Positions 1 to 9,954 of a DNA stretch of 64,000 bases are shown piece after piece (position 1 is the first letter of the stretch; the number at the start of each line of letters is the position of its first letter). The DNA comes from an uncultured delta proteobacterium. Lineage in GTDB: Bacteria > Myxococcota_A > Polyangia > Polyangiales > Polyangiaceae. Under the pieces are notes generated by a model that made no database searches, had not been told where the DNA came from, and saw only the letters and a program-made list of their open reading frames with translations. Position numbers and translations under genes: made by a program. The stretch covers positions 480,001-544,000 of the forward strand of contig CAWJCS010000002.1 in assembly GCA_963841435.1 (NCBI GenBank), read 5' to 3'.

Positions 1-253
1 GAGGCCGGATCAGGAACGCGCGCATGTCTCCAACACTGTCGCCGCGCAGCCACTCTTGCGATCCTGTCTTGCGGCGCGGCGCTCCTGCTCTCGGGGATGA
101 GGCCGCTCCTGGGGCCCTCCTGGGGCCCATTGGAAAAAAACTGAGCCGGATCGAGAGCGCGGGGGGTGTCCATCCTGCGTGTTGTCCAGCACCCGCCTGC
201 CCGTTCTCCGCCGGTCCGATCGCCCGGCAGCTGCCAAGTAGAAGGTCCAACCC

Positions 254-2101
254 ATGCGGAATCCGTTCGCGCTCACGAGACTGCTCCCCGGCCGATCGGG
301 CGCGGTTCTACCGAGTTGCCTGCTTCTCGGAGCTCTGGCCGGTGCATGTACCGGAGAAATCGGGGGGACCGGCAGTTCGTCCGGGGCGACTCCGGTGGGG
401 GCGGGTGCAGCCCCGGACCCAGGCACCGGCGGAAACGCCGGCTCCGGCATGGCGAGTGGTCAGGGCGGCGCCATGGCGTCCGGCGGCACGGGTGGGACCG
501 GCACGGGCGGTTCGGGCGCAAGCGCGGGGCTCGGTGAAGACCCGTACGCCATCCCCGCGGCCCCTCCCGCCCCGGTCTTTGCGGCGTCACCCCGTGTCGC
601 CCGCCTCAGCCGCAAGCAGTGGTCGAACAGCGTGAAGCGCCTCCTCCAGATCGACGACTTCGCGGAAATCGACAGCGGCGTGTCGGGCGATGCGCTCATC
701 GGCTTCGATAACCAGGCGGACGCCCTGTTCGTGACCGAGCAGTTGCGGCAGCAGCTCGCCGATGCTTCGGAGAAGCTCGCCGACCTGGTGACCGGAGATG
801 ATGCCGCCCTGGCGCGGCTCGTCCCCGCGACGGCGCCTGCCGACCTCGCGGGTCGGGCGCGGGAGTTCGTCTCGTCGTTTGGGCGGCGTGCATTCCGGCG
901 GCCCCTCACCGATGCGGAGGTGACCACTCACCTTGGTCTCTTCGACCAGGGGCCCACGCTTTACCCTGGCGTCGACGCCTTCAAAGCGGGAGCCAGCCTC
1001 GTGATTCAGGCGATGCTCCAGTCCCCGTACTTCCTCTACCGGACCGAGCTCGGGGTGGCGGCTGCCGGAGAGACCAAGGTCGCGCTCGACGACTACGAAG
1101 TGTCCGCCAAGCTCGCGTTCGCCATCACCAATACGATGCCGGACGACGCTTTGCTCGACGCGGCGGCCGCTGGGCGGCTCCACGACGGTGCCGGCGTGGC
1201 GGCCGAAGCAGAGCGCTTGCTCGGTGGGCCAGAGGGCACGGAGGGCATCGGCAACTTCAACTTCCAAGTCTACCGCCTGGGCGCCTACGACGGCATCCAC
1301 CGGGATGCGGCCACCTACCCGGACTTCACTGCGGAGACTCCCGCCGCCATGCGGCAGGAAGTGCTCGAGTTCATCAAATGGGTCTTCAGTGACGGTCGCG
1401 GAGTCAGGGACTTTTACACGGCCCCGGTCGGCTTCGTGAACTCGGCGCTCGCCCCGCTCTACGGCGTCACGGGGACGTTCACGAGCGACGTTTTCACCAA
1501 GGTCGATCTCGACCCGACTCAGCGCTCGGGTCTGCTTACCCAGCCTGGGTTCCTTTCGTCGTACGCCACGGGAGACGATCCTGACATCATTCATCGCGGC
1601 GTTTTCATCGCGACGCGGCTCCTTTGCGTGGTGCTGCCGCCCCCTTCCCCGAGGGCCACTCCGCTCATCGACTTGCAGCCGAACATGACCAATCGGGAAC
1701 GGGTCGAGCTGACGACGGGCAAGGGCACGTGTGGCGAGGATTGCCATCTGCCTCTCCTGAATCCGCTCGGCAACGCCTTCGAAAACTACGACGTCATCGG
1801 CCGATACCGGACGATGGATCATGGCAAGCCCGTCAACGCCGCCGACAGCTACACGCTCGACCTCGAGCTTCGGCCCTTCGCGGACGGCGTCGAGCTCTCG
1901 CACCTTCTCGCGGACGCCAAGGAAACCCACGACTGCTACGTGGGCAACATGATGAGCTACCTGCACGGTCGGCTGCTCGCCCCGGAAGAGGACCCTGCCG
2001 TGGACTACTACGCGAGGTTGTCGCGGGCGGGCATGGTTTCGCTTCGTGACCTCGAGCTCGACATCGTGACGAGCGAACCGTTCCTCAATCGCCTTCCCTA
2101 A
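254..2101 (+). CDS. DUF1587/1595/1592/1588 (PSD/PSCyt) domain lipoprotein with Gly-rich linker
   Basis: Lipobox LAGAC, Gly-rich linker, motifs RLSRKQW, FGRRAFRRPL, LQSPYFLYR, RSGLLTQPGFL, IIHRG, FENYDVIGRYR; CGEDCH variant of the CxxCH site. Confidence 0.9.
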   Translation: MRNPFALTRLLPGRSGAVLPSCLLLGALAGACTGEIGGTGSSSGATPVGAGAAPDPGTGGNAGSGMASGQGGAMASGGTGGTGTGGSGASAGLGEDPYAIPAAPPAPVFAASPRVARLSRKQWSNSVKRLLQIDDFAEIDSGVSGDALIGFDNQADALFVTEQLRQQLADASEKLADLVTGDDAALARLVPATAPADLAGRAREFVSSFGRRAFRRPLTDAEVTTHLGLFDQGPTLYPGVDAFKAGASLVIQAMLQSPYFLYRTELGVAAAGETKVALDDYEVSAKLAFAITNTMPDDALLDAAAAGRLHDGAGVAAEAERLLGGPEGTEGIGNFNFQVYRLGAYDGIHRDAATYPDFTAETPAAMRQEVLEFIKWVFSDGRGVRDFYTAPVGFVNSALAPLYGVTGTFTSDVFTKVDLDPTQRSGLLTQPGFLSSYATGDDPDIIHRGVFIATRLLCVVLPPPSPRATPLIDLQPNMTNRERVELTTGKGTCGEDCHLPLLNPLGNAFENYDVIGRYRTMDHGKPVNAADSYTLDLELRPFADGVELSHLLADAKETHDCYVGNMMSYLHGRLLAPEEDPAVDYYARLSRAGMVSLRDLELDIVTSEPFLNRLP

Positions 2102-2112
2102 TGGTCACACCC

Positions 2113-3594
2113 ATGAAGAACCAATACGCAAACGCCCTCCGATGCAATCGCCGGATGGTCCTCCGCGGGGTCGGCGGCCTGATGCTGGGTCTGCCCGTTC
2201 TGGAAGGTTTCATGCCGCGAACTGCGGCGGCACAAGACGCCATGCGGACGCCTTTCGTGCTCTTCGTGGTGAGTGACAACGGCGTCGTCCAGGCCGGGGT
2301 GGATTTCGGGGGTGGCGGCGAGCCGGAGCGGTTCTGGCCGACAGCGACGGGGCCTTTGACGCAAGCCGGGATGCTCGCCGACAAGGCCACCCGGGCGACG
2401 GGAGAGCTGTCCGACTACGCCGAGAAGCTACTCATCTTGCGGGGCGTCAATCTGCCCTATAGCTCGAACGGTTGTTCTCACTCGGCCGCGGACGCTCAGA
2501 TCCTCACCGCGGCCAACATCACGCCCGGCAGCACCAATTGTCTTGCCAAGGGTCGTCCGCCGACACCGTGATCGCCAAGGCGGTGAACCCCCCCGGACGC
2601 GATCCACTCGTCCTCCACGCGGGGATGTTCGCGCCGGGGGGGACGGGCTTCGACATTCCTGGCTACGTGTCGTACGTCGCCGCCCAGCAACCGCGCGTCT
2701 ACATCGACTCCCCGTACAAGGCCTACCAGCAGATCATCGGCGTGGTCGGGGACGGCAGCGGAAGCTCGGGTGACGAGCAGGCACAGTTGCTACGTGCGGC
2801 GCGCAGCAAGAGCATCAATGACCTTCTGCGGCCGCAAATCCAGGAGCTTTTGGCGCATCCGCAGCTCAGCGCGGGTGACGTGAACCGGCTCGAGCAGCAC
2901 CTGGCGGCCATTCGCGACATCGAGGTGACCATGACCACCTCCGGGTTCACGGTGCCGGACGCCGACATCGAGACCATGCGCTCGATCGATCCGAAGCCAT
3001 ACGACCAGGCGTCGTACGACAAGGCAATCCGGCTCCATTTGCAATTGATGGCGTTCTCAGCTGCGTCCGACTACAGCCGGACCGCCGTCTTGAAGATCGG
3101 CGATCGCATCGACGATCACGTGTACACGATCAACGGCCAGACCTTCGAAATTCCACGACGCTTCACACCGCGTCGTGGCCAATGGCGTCGACCTCTGCCA
3201 CGCGATCGATCGCTTGATGATGGGGCACTACAAGTACCTCCTCGATCTCCTGTCCTCGTACATGACCGCCACCGGGCCGTTGCTCGATCAGGGCGTCGCG
3301 ATCTGGACCAACCAGTGCGCGACGGGAGCGCACTCGTTCAGCAACGTGCCCTGGATCCTGGCGGGCACCGCGAATGGGTTCTTCAAAAAGGGGCAGTACC
3401 TCGTGGTTGGCTCGGGCCAGATGCCCGGCGGTGGTCAAGACGGCAAGGGAGGCGATGGTTCCGTGTCGGGCGTCAACAAGATGCTCAACACGATCATCAC
3501 GGCCGCCGGGGTCACCAAGGCGGGCGGGGCTCCCACCGACGATTTCGGCGATCCCTCGTTGCCGAAGGGGATCTTCCCCGAGCTCCTCGCCTGA
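2113..3594 (+). pseudogene. DUF1552 (HXXSHH) Tat-exported protein, two frameshifts (~2551, ~3150)
   Basis: Tat-like NRRMVLRG..LGLPVLE; three ORF pieces join into one protein (RLEQHLAAIRDIE, FHDASHR, HSFSNVPWILAG); the indels may be sequencing errors. Confidence 0.85.
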
Positions 3595-3623
3595 CGGGGC
3601 CTTTGCCAAAGGCGGGGTGTCGA

Positions 3624-4577
3624 TCACCGCGAGAAGTTTTGCGCTGCCCACACCTTGCCGGTGGACGTCGTGAAAAAACCGCACGCCACCCTCGTGACGG
3701 AAGGGTCGGTCATGTTGATGAAGTGCCCGTGCTGCTCATAGCAAGTCCCCGAACAGGGGTTGGTCGGTGGTGGCCCTTCGTCCCACATCTGCTGCATGCA
3801 CAAACCGATGACCTGTTCGTTGGAGGAATATCCGGGGCATTCGTTCTGGGAGCCGCTCGGCTGGCAGATCTTGTCGATGGCTCCCGCGTGAGCGCTGTTG
3901 TTGTTCGCGTCGTACTCCGCCATTTGATCGGCGCACGCTTCTCCATCGGTTCGTCGTGTCAAAGCTGGTAGGCATGCGCACTGCGTGAGAAACTGATTGA
4001 TGCGATCAACGCAGTCCTGGTAGATGTCGCCAGTGCTGGGAGGGGGCGAGAGCTTGCACGCGAGGTTCTCCACGCAGCCGCCGGCTCCTCCAGCGCTCGT
4101 CGCGCCGGCACTGCCACCGTTCGCGGTCGAGCCGCCGGTCATCGCCCCACCAGTGCTGGTCACGCCCGCGGCGCCACCGTTCGGCATCCCGGCATTGGTG
4201 CCGCCAATGCCGGCGGCGCCCGCGGTCGGATTGCCGCCGTTCCCCGCGCCGCCACTACCGGGATCGGGCATGCCCCCGCTCGGCATGCCTCCGCTGAGAG
4301 CACCCGCGTTGCCGCCGCCAGCAGCACCGCCACCAGTGCTCCCACCCCCGGACTGGCCGACCCCAGCGCTGGCCCCGCTCGCCGGACTGCCTCCCGTGGT
4401 TGCCGTGCCCCCACCCGGCTGCGCTGCTGCGCCGCCGCTGCTCGTCGAGGAGCCGGCCGAGCCGGCGGCTCCTCCAACGAGAAGGGGCGGCTCGTCGTTG
4501 GCGCTCGCACAACCCAAGGTCAGGGCCAACGTCCAAACAAACCCGGTGCGCACCAACGCCAGTCTATGGCGACCCAT
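3624..4577 (-). CDS. Gly-rich-linker lipoprotein with C-terminal CAP/SCP-like domain
   Basis: Lipobox LTLGC, ~130 aa Gly-rich linker, DCVDRIN, QQMWDEG, GHFINM..VTRVACGF CAP-type motifs; start uncertain (4577 or upstream). Confidence 0.75.
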   Translation of the reverse strand: MGRHRLALVRTGFVWTLALTLGCASANDEPPLLVGGAAGSAGSSTSSGGAAAQPGGGTATTGGSPASGASAGVGQSGGGSTGGGAAGGGNAGALSGGMPSGGMPDPGSGGAGNGGNPTAGAAGIGGTNAGMPNGGAAGVTSTGGAMTGGSTANGGSAGATSAGGAGGCVENLACKLSPPPSTGDIYQDCVDRINQFLTQCACLPALTRRTDGEACADQMAEYDANNNSAHAGAIDKICQPSGSQNECPGYSSNEQVIGLCMQQMWDEGPPPTNPCSGTCYEQHGHFINMTDPSVTRVACGFFTTSTGKVWAAQNFSR

Positions 4578-4890
4578 GCAGTTGGCGAGCGAAATGAGCA
4601 CCTCTGTCGGGTTCGGCGCCAGCATTTGCAGCCAGCGCCTCATTTTGAATTATCCGCCTGTGCCCCCGAGGATCACGTTGGGAGAACAGGCTCGCGATGC
4701 TGGGGTTCGGCGAGTGAGGAGAGGTCCGTCAGCGCGCCGAACAAAGTGTTCGTGAAACCGAAAAATTTGCGGGATCCATAACAACAAGGCACGCCTTCCG
4801 ACAATTCTGAACCGGTTGCCAACCGTCACGAGCGTGGACGACGTTGGAGCACGGTGTGCGCGGGCACGCCCATCCTCGGAGAGCGTGTGG

Positions 4891-6732
4891 ATGATGAAGC
4901 TGTCCTGGCACGAGTACGGTGGCTCGAGAGACCTCCTGGCCTGCTGCGCCCTGGCTTTGGCGTGCGGGTGCACGGCCACGGTGGACGGAGGGACCACCCC
5001 GGGCTCCGGCGCCGCACCCGCCGCCAGCGGGGGCTCGACAGGCGCGGCGCCGGGGGCTGGAGGCTCGTCGGCCGGGACCGCGCCGCAGAGCGGCGGGACC
5101 GGCGCGACCGTGGGCTCCGGCGGGACCGGTGCCGCGGCGACCGGGGGATCGGCTGGAACCGGCGCGGGCGCCGCGGGCGGCACCCCACCCGTGTTCGAGG
5201 ATCCGCCTCCGTTCGAGCCCGCCCCGGGCATGCTTCGCCGTTTGACGAGAGCGCAGTTCAAGAACGCCATCCGCGACGTGTTTGGCGTCGAGGTCAATGT
5301 AGACGAGCTCGACCCGGACAGCTTCGACGGCAGTATGCCCGTCGTCGGGGCGTCCACGGTCGTCACCGCCGAGCGCGGAGTCGAGCAGTACCATACGGCC
5401 ATCGAAAGCGCCGTGGACGCCGTGTTCTCCGACGCCGCGAAGCGCGCTGCGTTCATCGGCTGCACGCCGACGGGCAACGCCAATGACGCGTGCGTGCGCG
5501 GCTTCGTCGAGAGCATGGGGCGCCGCGCGTGGCGACGCCCGCTCGACGCGACGGAGATCGCTCGCTTCGTGACGGTCGCCGAGACGGCGGCGACGGAGCT
5601 CGGCAGCCCGGAGGAAGGCGTGCGCTGGGCGACGGTGGCGCTGTTCAGCTCGCCGAATTTCCTCTACCGCCCCGAGCTCGGTGCACCGACGACAGGCGGC
5701 GCGCTCCGCTTCACGGACTTCGAGCTGGCGTCCCGGCTGGCGTTTCTCGTGTGGAACAGCATCGCCGACGACGCGCTGCTCGACGCCGCCGAGAGCGGAC
5801 AGCTTGCCACGGTGGAAGGAATTCGGGCCGCGGCGGAGCGTCTGCTCGCGACGCCCGCGGGGCGCGAGTCAGTGGGCAACTTCGCCGTCGAGTACTTGCG
5901 GCTCGATCGCGTCCTCAGCCAGGCGAAGGACCCGTCGCTCTTCCCCGAGTACTCCCCGGCGCTCCAGGCCGGCATGGTAGCGGACGTGCGCGGCACCTGG
6001 GAGGCGATCGCCCTCGACGACCGGGTCAGCGCGATGGAGCTGTTCTCGACGCCCAAGGTCGTCGTCAACTCCGACCTCGCAAAGGTCTATGGCATCGACG
6101 CCACGGGGCTCACCTCGACCACGTTCGAGCTGCGCTCGCTGCCGGCCGACGGCCCGCGCCTCGGACTGCTCAGCAAGGCGGGATTCCTTTCGGAGTTCGC
6201 GAACCAGAAGGCCGGCTCACCGACGCTCCGCGGCAAGTTCATGCAGGAGGAGCTGCTCTGCACGCCGATCGAGCCCCCGCCCGGCAACGTCAACCTCGCG
6301 ATCGACGATCTGCCGACCGATCAGCCGATGACGAAGCGCCAGAAGCTCGAGATGCACCGGTCCAATCCGACGTGCTCGGGCTGCCATTCGATGATGGATC
6401 CGCTGGGCCTGCCGCTCGAAACCTTCGACGCAATCGGGCGCTACCGCACGACGGAGCAGGGCCTGACGATCGACCCGAGCGGCGACTTCGACGAGCAACC
6501 CGTCGTGGACGCGGCCGACCTCGGGCGTGTCGTCGGAGCCGACCCGCGGGTCGCGCAGTGCCTCGTGCGGAAGTACTTCGCGTACGCCATGGGCCGCAGG
6601 GCGCGCAACGTCAACGGAAGCGTCATCAACGAGCTTGCCGCGTCCTTCGAGGCGTCGGGGTTCAAGCTCCGTGACCTCGTTCTCAACGTCGCGACGAGCG
6701 AAGCCTTCGCCTCCGTCGCACCAGAACTCTAG
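4891..6732 (+). CDS. DUF1587/1595/1592/1588/1585 domain lipoprotein with Gly-rich linker
   Basis: LACGC lipobox, LRRLTRAQF, GRRAWRRPL, SSPNFLYR, SPTLRG, CSGCH, ETFDAIGRYR. Confidence 0.9.
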   Translation: MMKLSWHEYGGSRDLLACCALALACGCTATVDGGTTPGSGAAPAASGGSTGAAPGAGGSSAGTAPQSGGTGATVGSGGTGAAATGGSAGTGAGAAGGTPPVFEDPPPFEPAPGMLRRLTRAQFKNAIRDVFGVEVNVDELDPDSFDGSMPVVGASTVVTAERGVEQYHTAIESAVDAVFSDAAKRAAFIGCTPTGNANDACVRGFVESMGRRAWRRPLDATEIARFVTVAETAATELGSPEEGVRWATVALFSSPNFLYRPELGAPTTGGALRFTDFELASRLAFLVWNSIADDALLDAAESGQLATVEGIRAAAERLLATPAGRESVGNFAVEYLRLDRVLSQAKDPSLFPEYSPALQAGMVADVRGTWEAIALDDRVSAMELFSTPKVVVNSDLAKVYGIDATGLTSTTFELRSLPADGPRLGLLSKAGFLSEFANQKAGSPTLRGKFMQEELLCTPIEPPPGNVNLAIDDLPTDQPMTKRQKLEMHRSNPTCSGCHSMMDPLGLPLETFDAIGRYRTTEQGLTIDPSGDFDEQPVVDAADLGRVVGADPRVAQCLVRKYFAYAMGRRARNVNGSVINELAASFEASGFKLRDLVLNVATSEAFASVAPEL

Positions 6733-6748
6733 GTCGCAAGAGAACGCC

Positions 6749-8128
6749 ATGACGATGAAACCCCTGAAGCGACGCAACGTTCTTCGAGGCATGCTGGCGA
6801 CGGGCGCGGCCGTTGCCATCCCGCTGCCGCTGCTCGAGTGCATGCTGAACGAAAACGGCAACGCGCTCGCCCAGTCGAACACCGCCCTCTCCCCGCTCTT
6901 CGTGCTGTGGTTCTTCGGCAATGGGTCGCTGCCCGGCCTCTGGAAACCGTCCGCCACGGGCTCCGGCACGGCATGGCAGCTGAGCTCGCAGCTCCAGCCG
7001 CTCGCAGACCACAAGTCGTACATGACGGTGATCTCAGGGCTCGAGGGCAAGCTCGTCACAGCCGCCGCCCCACATCCGAGCGGTTCGGCCGCCGCGACGA
7101 CGGGCGCGCCCCTGAACGGCAACGCCGTGCGCGCAGCCTCGCTCGACCAGATCGTCGCCGACCAGATTGCCGCGGGCGCGCCGTATCGCTCGATCGAGGT
7201 GGGGGTGACCCCGGCGACGCCGAACGGACCCGAGGACTCGCTCCAAACGGTTTCGCACGGGGGACCCAACGCGCGAAAAATGGCCGAATACGACCCGAAG
7301 GCGATTTTCACACGCCTGTTCGGCAGCACGCAGGCGCCTCCAACCACTGGCGAGGAGGACCCGGCGGTCAAGCTCGCGCGCGTGCGCACGAGCGTGCTCG
7401 ACGCGATCCTCGAGGACGGCAATGCGCTCGAGCAGCGCCTCGGTGCCACCGATAAGCAACGTGTGGAAGCCCATCTCGAAGCGATCCGAGCCATCGAAAT
7501 GCGCCTGGATACCATGCCGGCGACGGGCGGGACGCTACCGGCCGCCTGCGGCAGCGTGACCGCACCCACCGTCGGCAAGGACACCAAGAGTGAGGCGCCG
7601 CCCGAGGTCAACACCGCGATGGCAGAGCTCACGAACCTGGCGCTCGCCTGCGAGAAGACGCGCGTGGCCACGTTCATGTTCTCGCTTCCCGCGGCGCACG
7701 TTTACTACCGGCACCTCGCCTCCGACATGAATGACGATTTTCACGACACCATCTGCCACGGGGACGCCGGCACCGAGTCGGACCAGCCCCGCGTGGACAA
7801 GGGCGTGCTCTACGCCATGAAGTGCCTCGACGAGTTCCTGACCAACATGAAGAACCTGCCGCACGGCGCGGGGAACCTGCTCGACGCATCGCTCGTCTAC
7901 GTCACGTCCGACATTGCGTGGGGCAAGGTGCACACCAAGGAGGAATGGCCGGTGCTCATGGTCGGCAAGGCCGGCGGGCGCCTGCGCGGCGACGAGCACC
8001 ACAATTTCCAGAGCGAAAACCTCACCCGAGCGCTGCTCACGGCCGCCCAGATCATGGGCGCTCCGCAGACCGAGCTCGGCATCGACGGCGGCAAGGTCAC
8101 CGCCGCGCTGCCGGGCATCATCGTCTAG
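6749..8128 (+). CDS. DUF1552 Tat-exported protein
   Basis: KRRNVLRG..IPLPLLE, SLDQIVAD, DKQRVEAHLEAIRAIE, FHDTICH; directly follows the DUF1592 gene. Confidence 0.9.
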   Translation: MTMKPLKRRNVLRGMLATGAAVAIPLPLLECMLNENGNALAQSNTALSPLFVLWFFGNGSLPGLWKPSATGSGTAWQLSSQLQPLADHKSYMTVISGLEGKLVTAAAPHPSGSAAATTGAPLNGNAVRAASLDQIVADQIAAGAPYRSIEVGVTPATPNGPEDSLQTVSHGGPNARKMAEYDPKAIFTRLFGSTQAPPTTGEEDPAVKLARVRTSVLDAILEDGNALEQRLGATDKQRVEAHLEAIRAIEMRLDTMPATGGTLPAACGSVTAPTVGKDTKSEAPPEVNTAMAELTNLALACEKTRVATFMFSLPAAHVYYRHLASDMNDDFHDTICHGDAGTESDQPRVDKGVLYAMKCLDEFLTNMKNLPHGAGNLLDASLVYVTSDIAWGKVHTKEEWPVLMVGKAGGRLRGDEHHNFQSENLTRALLTAAQIMGAPQTELGIDGGKVTAALPGIIV

Positions 8129-8221
8129 CCTCCCGGCAGGGACTGGTTCCCGGCTGAACCGACGAGCCCCCCTGCGACCGGTTCCACTCATCGCAGAATC
8201 TTCGAGAAAACGGGGGTCTGA

Positions 8222-8249
8222 GTAACCTCTGGCGCGGGCGGTGCCACTA
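8222..8249 (+). promoter_or_regulatory. Putative ECF sigma promoter GTAACC-N17-CACTA
   Basis: Same bipartite motif and spacing recur at 12653-12680 before the second ECF gene; ATG lies 8 nt after the -10 element. Confidence 0.65.
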
Positions 8250-8257
8250 CAAGGTCC

Positions 8258-8893
8258 ATGGCCCTTTCGCCGGAGCGTTCGAACGTGCCCTTGAGGCTCG
8301 TCCGCCCGGCGGCCGAGGCCGAGCTCGTGGCGGACTGCGTGGCCCGGGAGCCGGCCGCTCTCCGGAGCCTATTCGAGCGCGAGCGGTCGCGGGTGCACGC
8401 GCTGCTCTACCGCGTGGTGGGGTCGAACGCACCCATGGACGACCTGCTCCAGGACACGTTCCTGGAGGTGTTTCGCTCGCTTCCTGGCTTTCGTGGTGAT
8501 TCCGCGCTCAGCACTTGGATCGACCGGTGCGCCGTGCGCGTGGCGTACGCGCACTTCGCGCGCAAGAAACGCCTGCCGTCGCTGCAGCCCGTGGAGGACG
8601 TCGAAGCAGGGAGCCCCAGCGTGGACGAGCACGCTTCGATGCGCGAGGCGGCCCGGCGCCTTTACGCCGCACTCGACCGCATCGAGCCGCGGCAACGCAT
8701 CGCATTCACGCTGTTCGTGATCGAAGGCCGCTCCCAGCTCGAGGTGGCAAGCGTGATGGGATCCTCTCTCGCGACGGTGAAGATCAGGGTGTGGCGGGCG
8801 CGGCGAGCCCTGGAACGGTTCGCGAGGCAGGACGCGCTGCTTTCGGATTTTTTGAGCGACGACGCTCGGGACGACAAGGACGAAAAGAAATGA
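8258..8893 (+). CDS. ECF RNA polymerase sigma-70 factor
   Basis: Region 2 DDLLQDTFLEVFRSLPGFRGDSALSTW; region 4 EVASVMGSSLATVKIRVWRAR. Confidence 0.93.
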   Translation: MALSPERSNVPLRLVRPAAEAELVADCVAREPAALRSLFERERSRVHALLYRVVGSNAPMDDLLQDTFLEVFRSLPGFRGDSALSTWIDRCAVRVAYAHFARKKRLPSLQPVEDVEAGSPSVDEHASMREAARRLYAALDRIEPRQRIAFTLFVIEGRSQLEVASVMGSSLATVKIRVWRARRALERFARQDALLSDFLSDDARDDKDEKK

Positions 8894-9942
8894 AGAAGCT
8901 CGCACGCATCGAAGTCGAGCCGCTCGGCGAGCAGCGCTGGTCGAAGCTCGAGCGCTCGCTGTTCTTGCGCCTCGAGCGCGAAGCGGATGTCGCTCTTCCG
9001 GCCCCCATTCGGCCGCAACGAGCGCGCCGGAGCGCCTGGCTCGTGGCGGCGGCTCTCGCGGGTGCGGTCGCCGTGCTTTCGTTCGTGACGCTTCGCTCAC
9101 CGTCGCAAGCCGTGCTGGAGCAGCCGTCGCACATCACCACGGGGCCGAGCCCGTCTCACCTCGCGCTGCCGGGCCTGTCGCTCGACGTCGAGCCCGAGTC
9201 TGCCGTCGTCATCGGCACCGAAACGACGGATGGCCTTCTGATCGTGGTCGATCGGGGCGGCATCGCGTGCAAGGTGGCGCCGCGCGCGAGTGACGCGCCG
9301 CTCATCGTGCAGGCCGGGGCCGTCAGGGTGCGCGTGGTCGGGACGCGCTTCCGCGTGACGCGCTCGGGCGGCGGAGCGCGCGTGAAGGTGGACGAAGGCG
9401 TGGTCGAGGTGAGCGCGCTCGGGCAAACGTCGCGCGTGCGGGCGGGCGAGCAATGGTCGATGCCGGAGACGACGCGGGCCGACCCGACGCCGCCGGCCGT
9501 GGCGCCGGGCGCGGCTCCCACGGAGCCGTCGAGCGTCGCCGGTGAAGGGGAGCCCGCTCCGACGGACGCGGCGCCCGGCGAGACGCCTGCGCTGGTCTCG
9601 AGGCCTCACGCCGCGCCCGAGCGCGGTACGCGTGAGGCGCACCCGGCAGACGCGGTGCGCGAGGAGCCCCCCTCGGCCGACACGCAGCCGTCGGCGCAGG
9701 CCATCTTCGAGCAAGCCGCCGCCCTCGAGCGCGGCGACCCGGGGCGCGCAGCACGGCTCTATGGCACGCTGGAGTCCGGCACCGATTCGTGGGCCCAAAA
9801 CGCGCTCTACGCGCACGGACGGCTGGAAGCCTCGCTCGGCAACCGTGCCGGCGCGCGCCGCTTGCTGGAGCGCTACCTCGCGCGCTTCCCCCGCGGCAGC
9901 AACGCGGAGGATGCGCGAGCGGTGCTCGAGCGGCTCAGGTAG
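8890..9942 (+). CDS. FecR-like transmembrane anti-sigma factor with C-terminal TPR-like helices
   Basis: ATGA overlap with sigma; one TM helix; VRVVGTRFRV..V.EGVVEV FecR motif; Pro-rich linker; YLARFPRGS TPR-type end. Confidence 0.85.
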   Translation: MKKLARIEVEPLGEQRWSKLERSLFLRLEREADVALPAPIRPQRARRSAWLVAAALAGAVAVLSFVTLRSPSQAVLEQPSHITTGPSPSHLALPGLSLDVEPESAVVIGTETTDGLLIVVDRGGIACKVAPRASDAPLIVQAGAVRVRVVGTRFRVTRSGGGARVKVDEGVVEVSALGQTSRVRAGEQWSMPETTRADPTPPAVAPGAAPTEPSSVAGEGEPAPTDAAPGETPALVSRPHAAPERGTREAHPADAVREEPPSADTQPSAQAIFEQAAALERGDPGRAARLYGTLESGTDSWAQNALYAHGRLEASLGNRAGARRLLERYLARFPRGSNAEDARAVLERLR

Positions 9943-9954
9943 TCTCGCGGGCGC

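Noticed and set aside
3599-3613. GCCTTT-GCC-AAAGGC hairpin as a terminator
   Set aside because: Short stem with no U-tract; plausible between convergent genes but too weak to call
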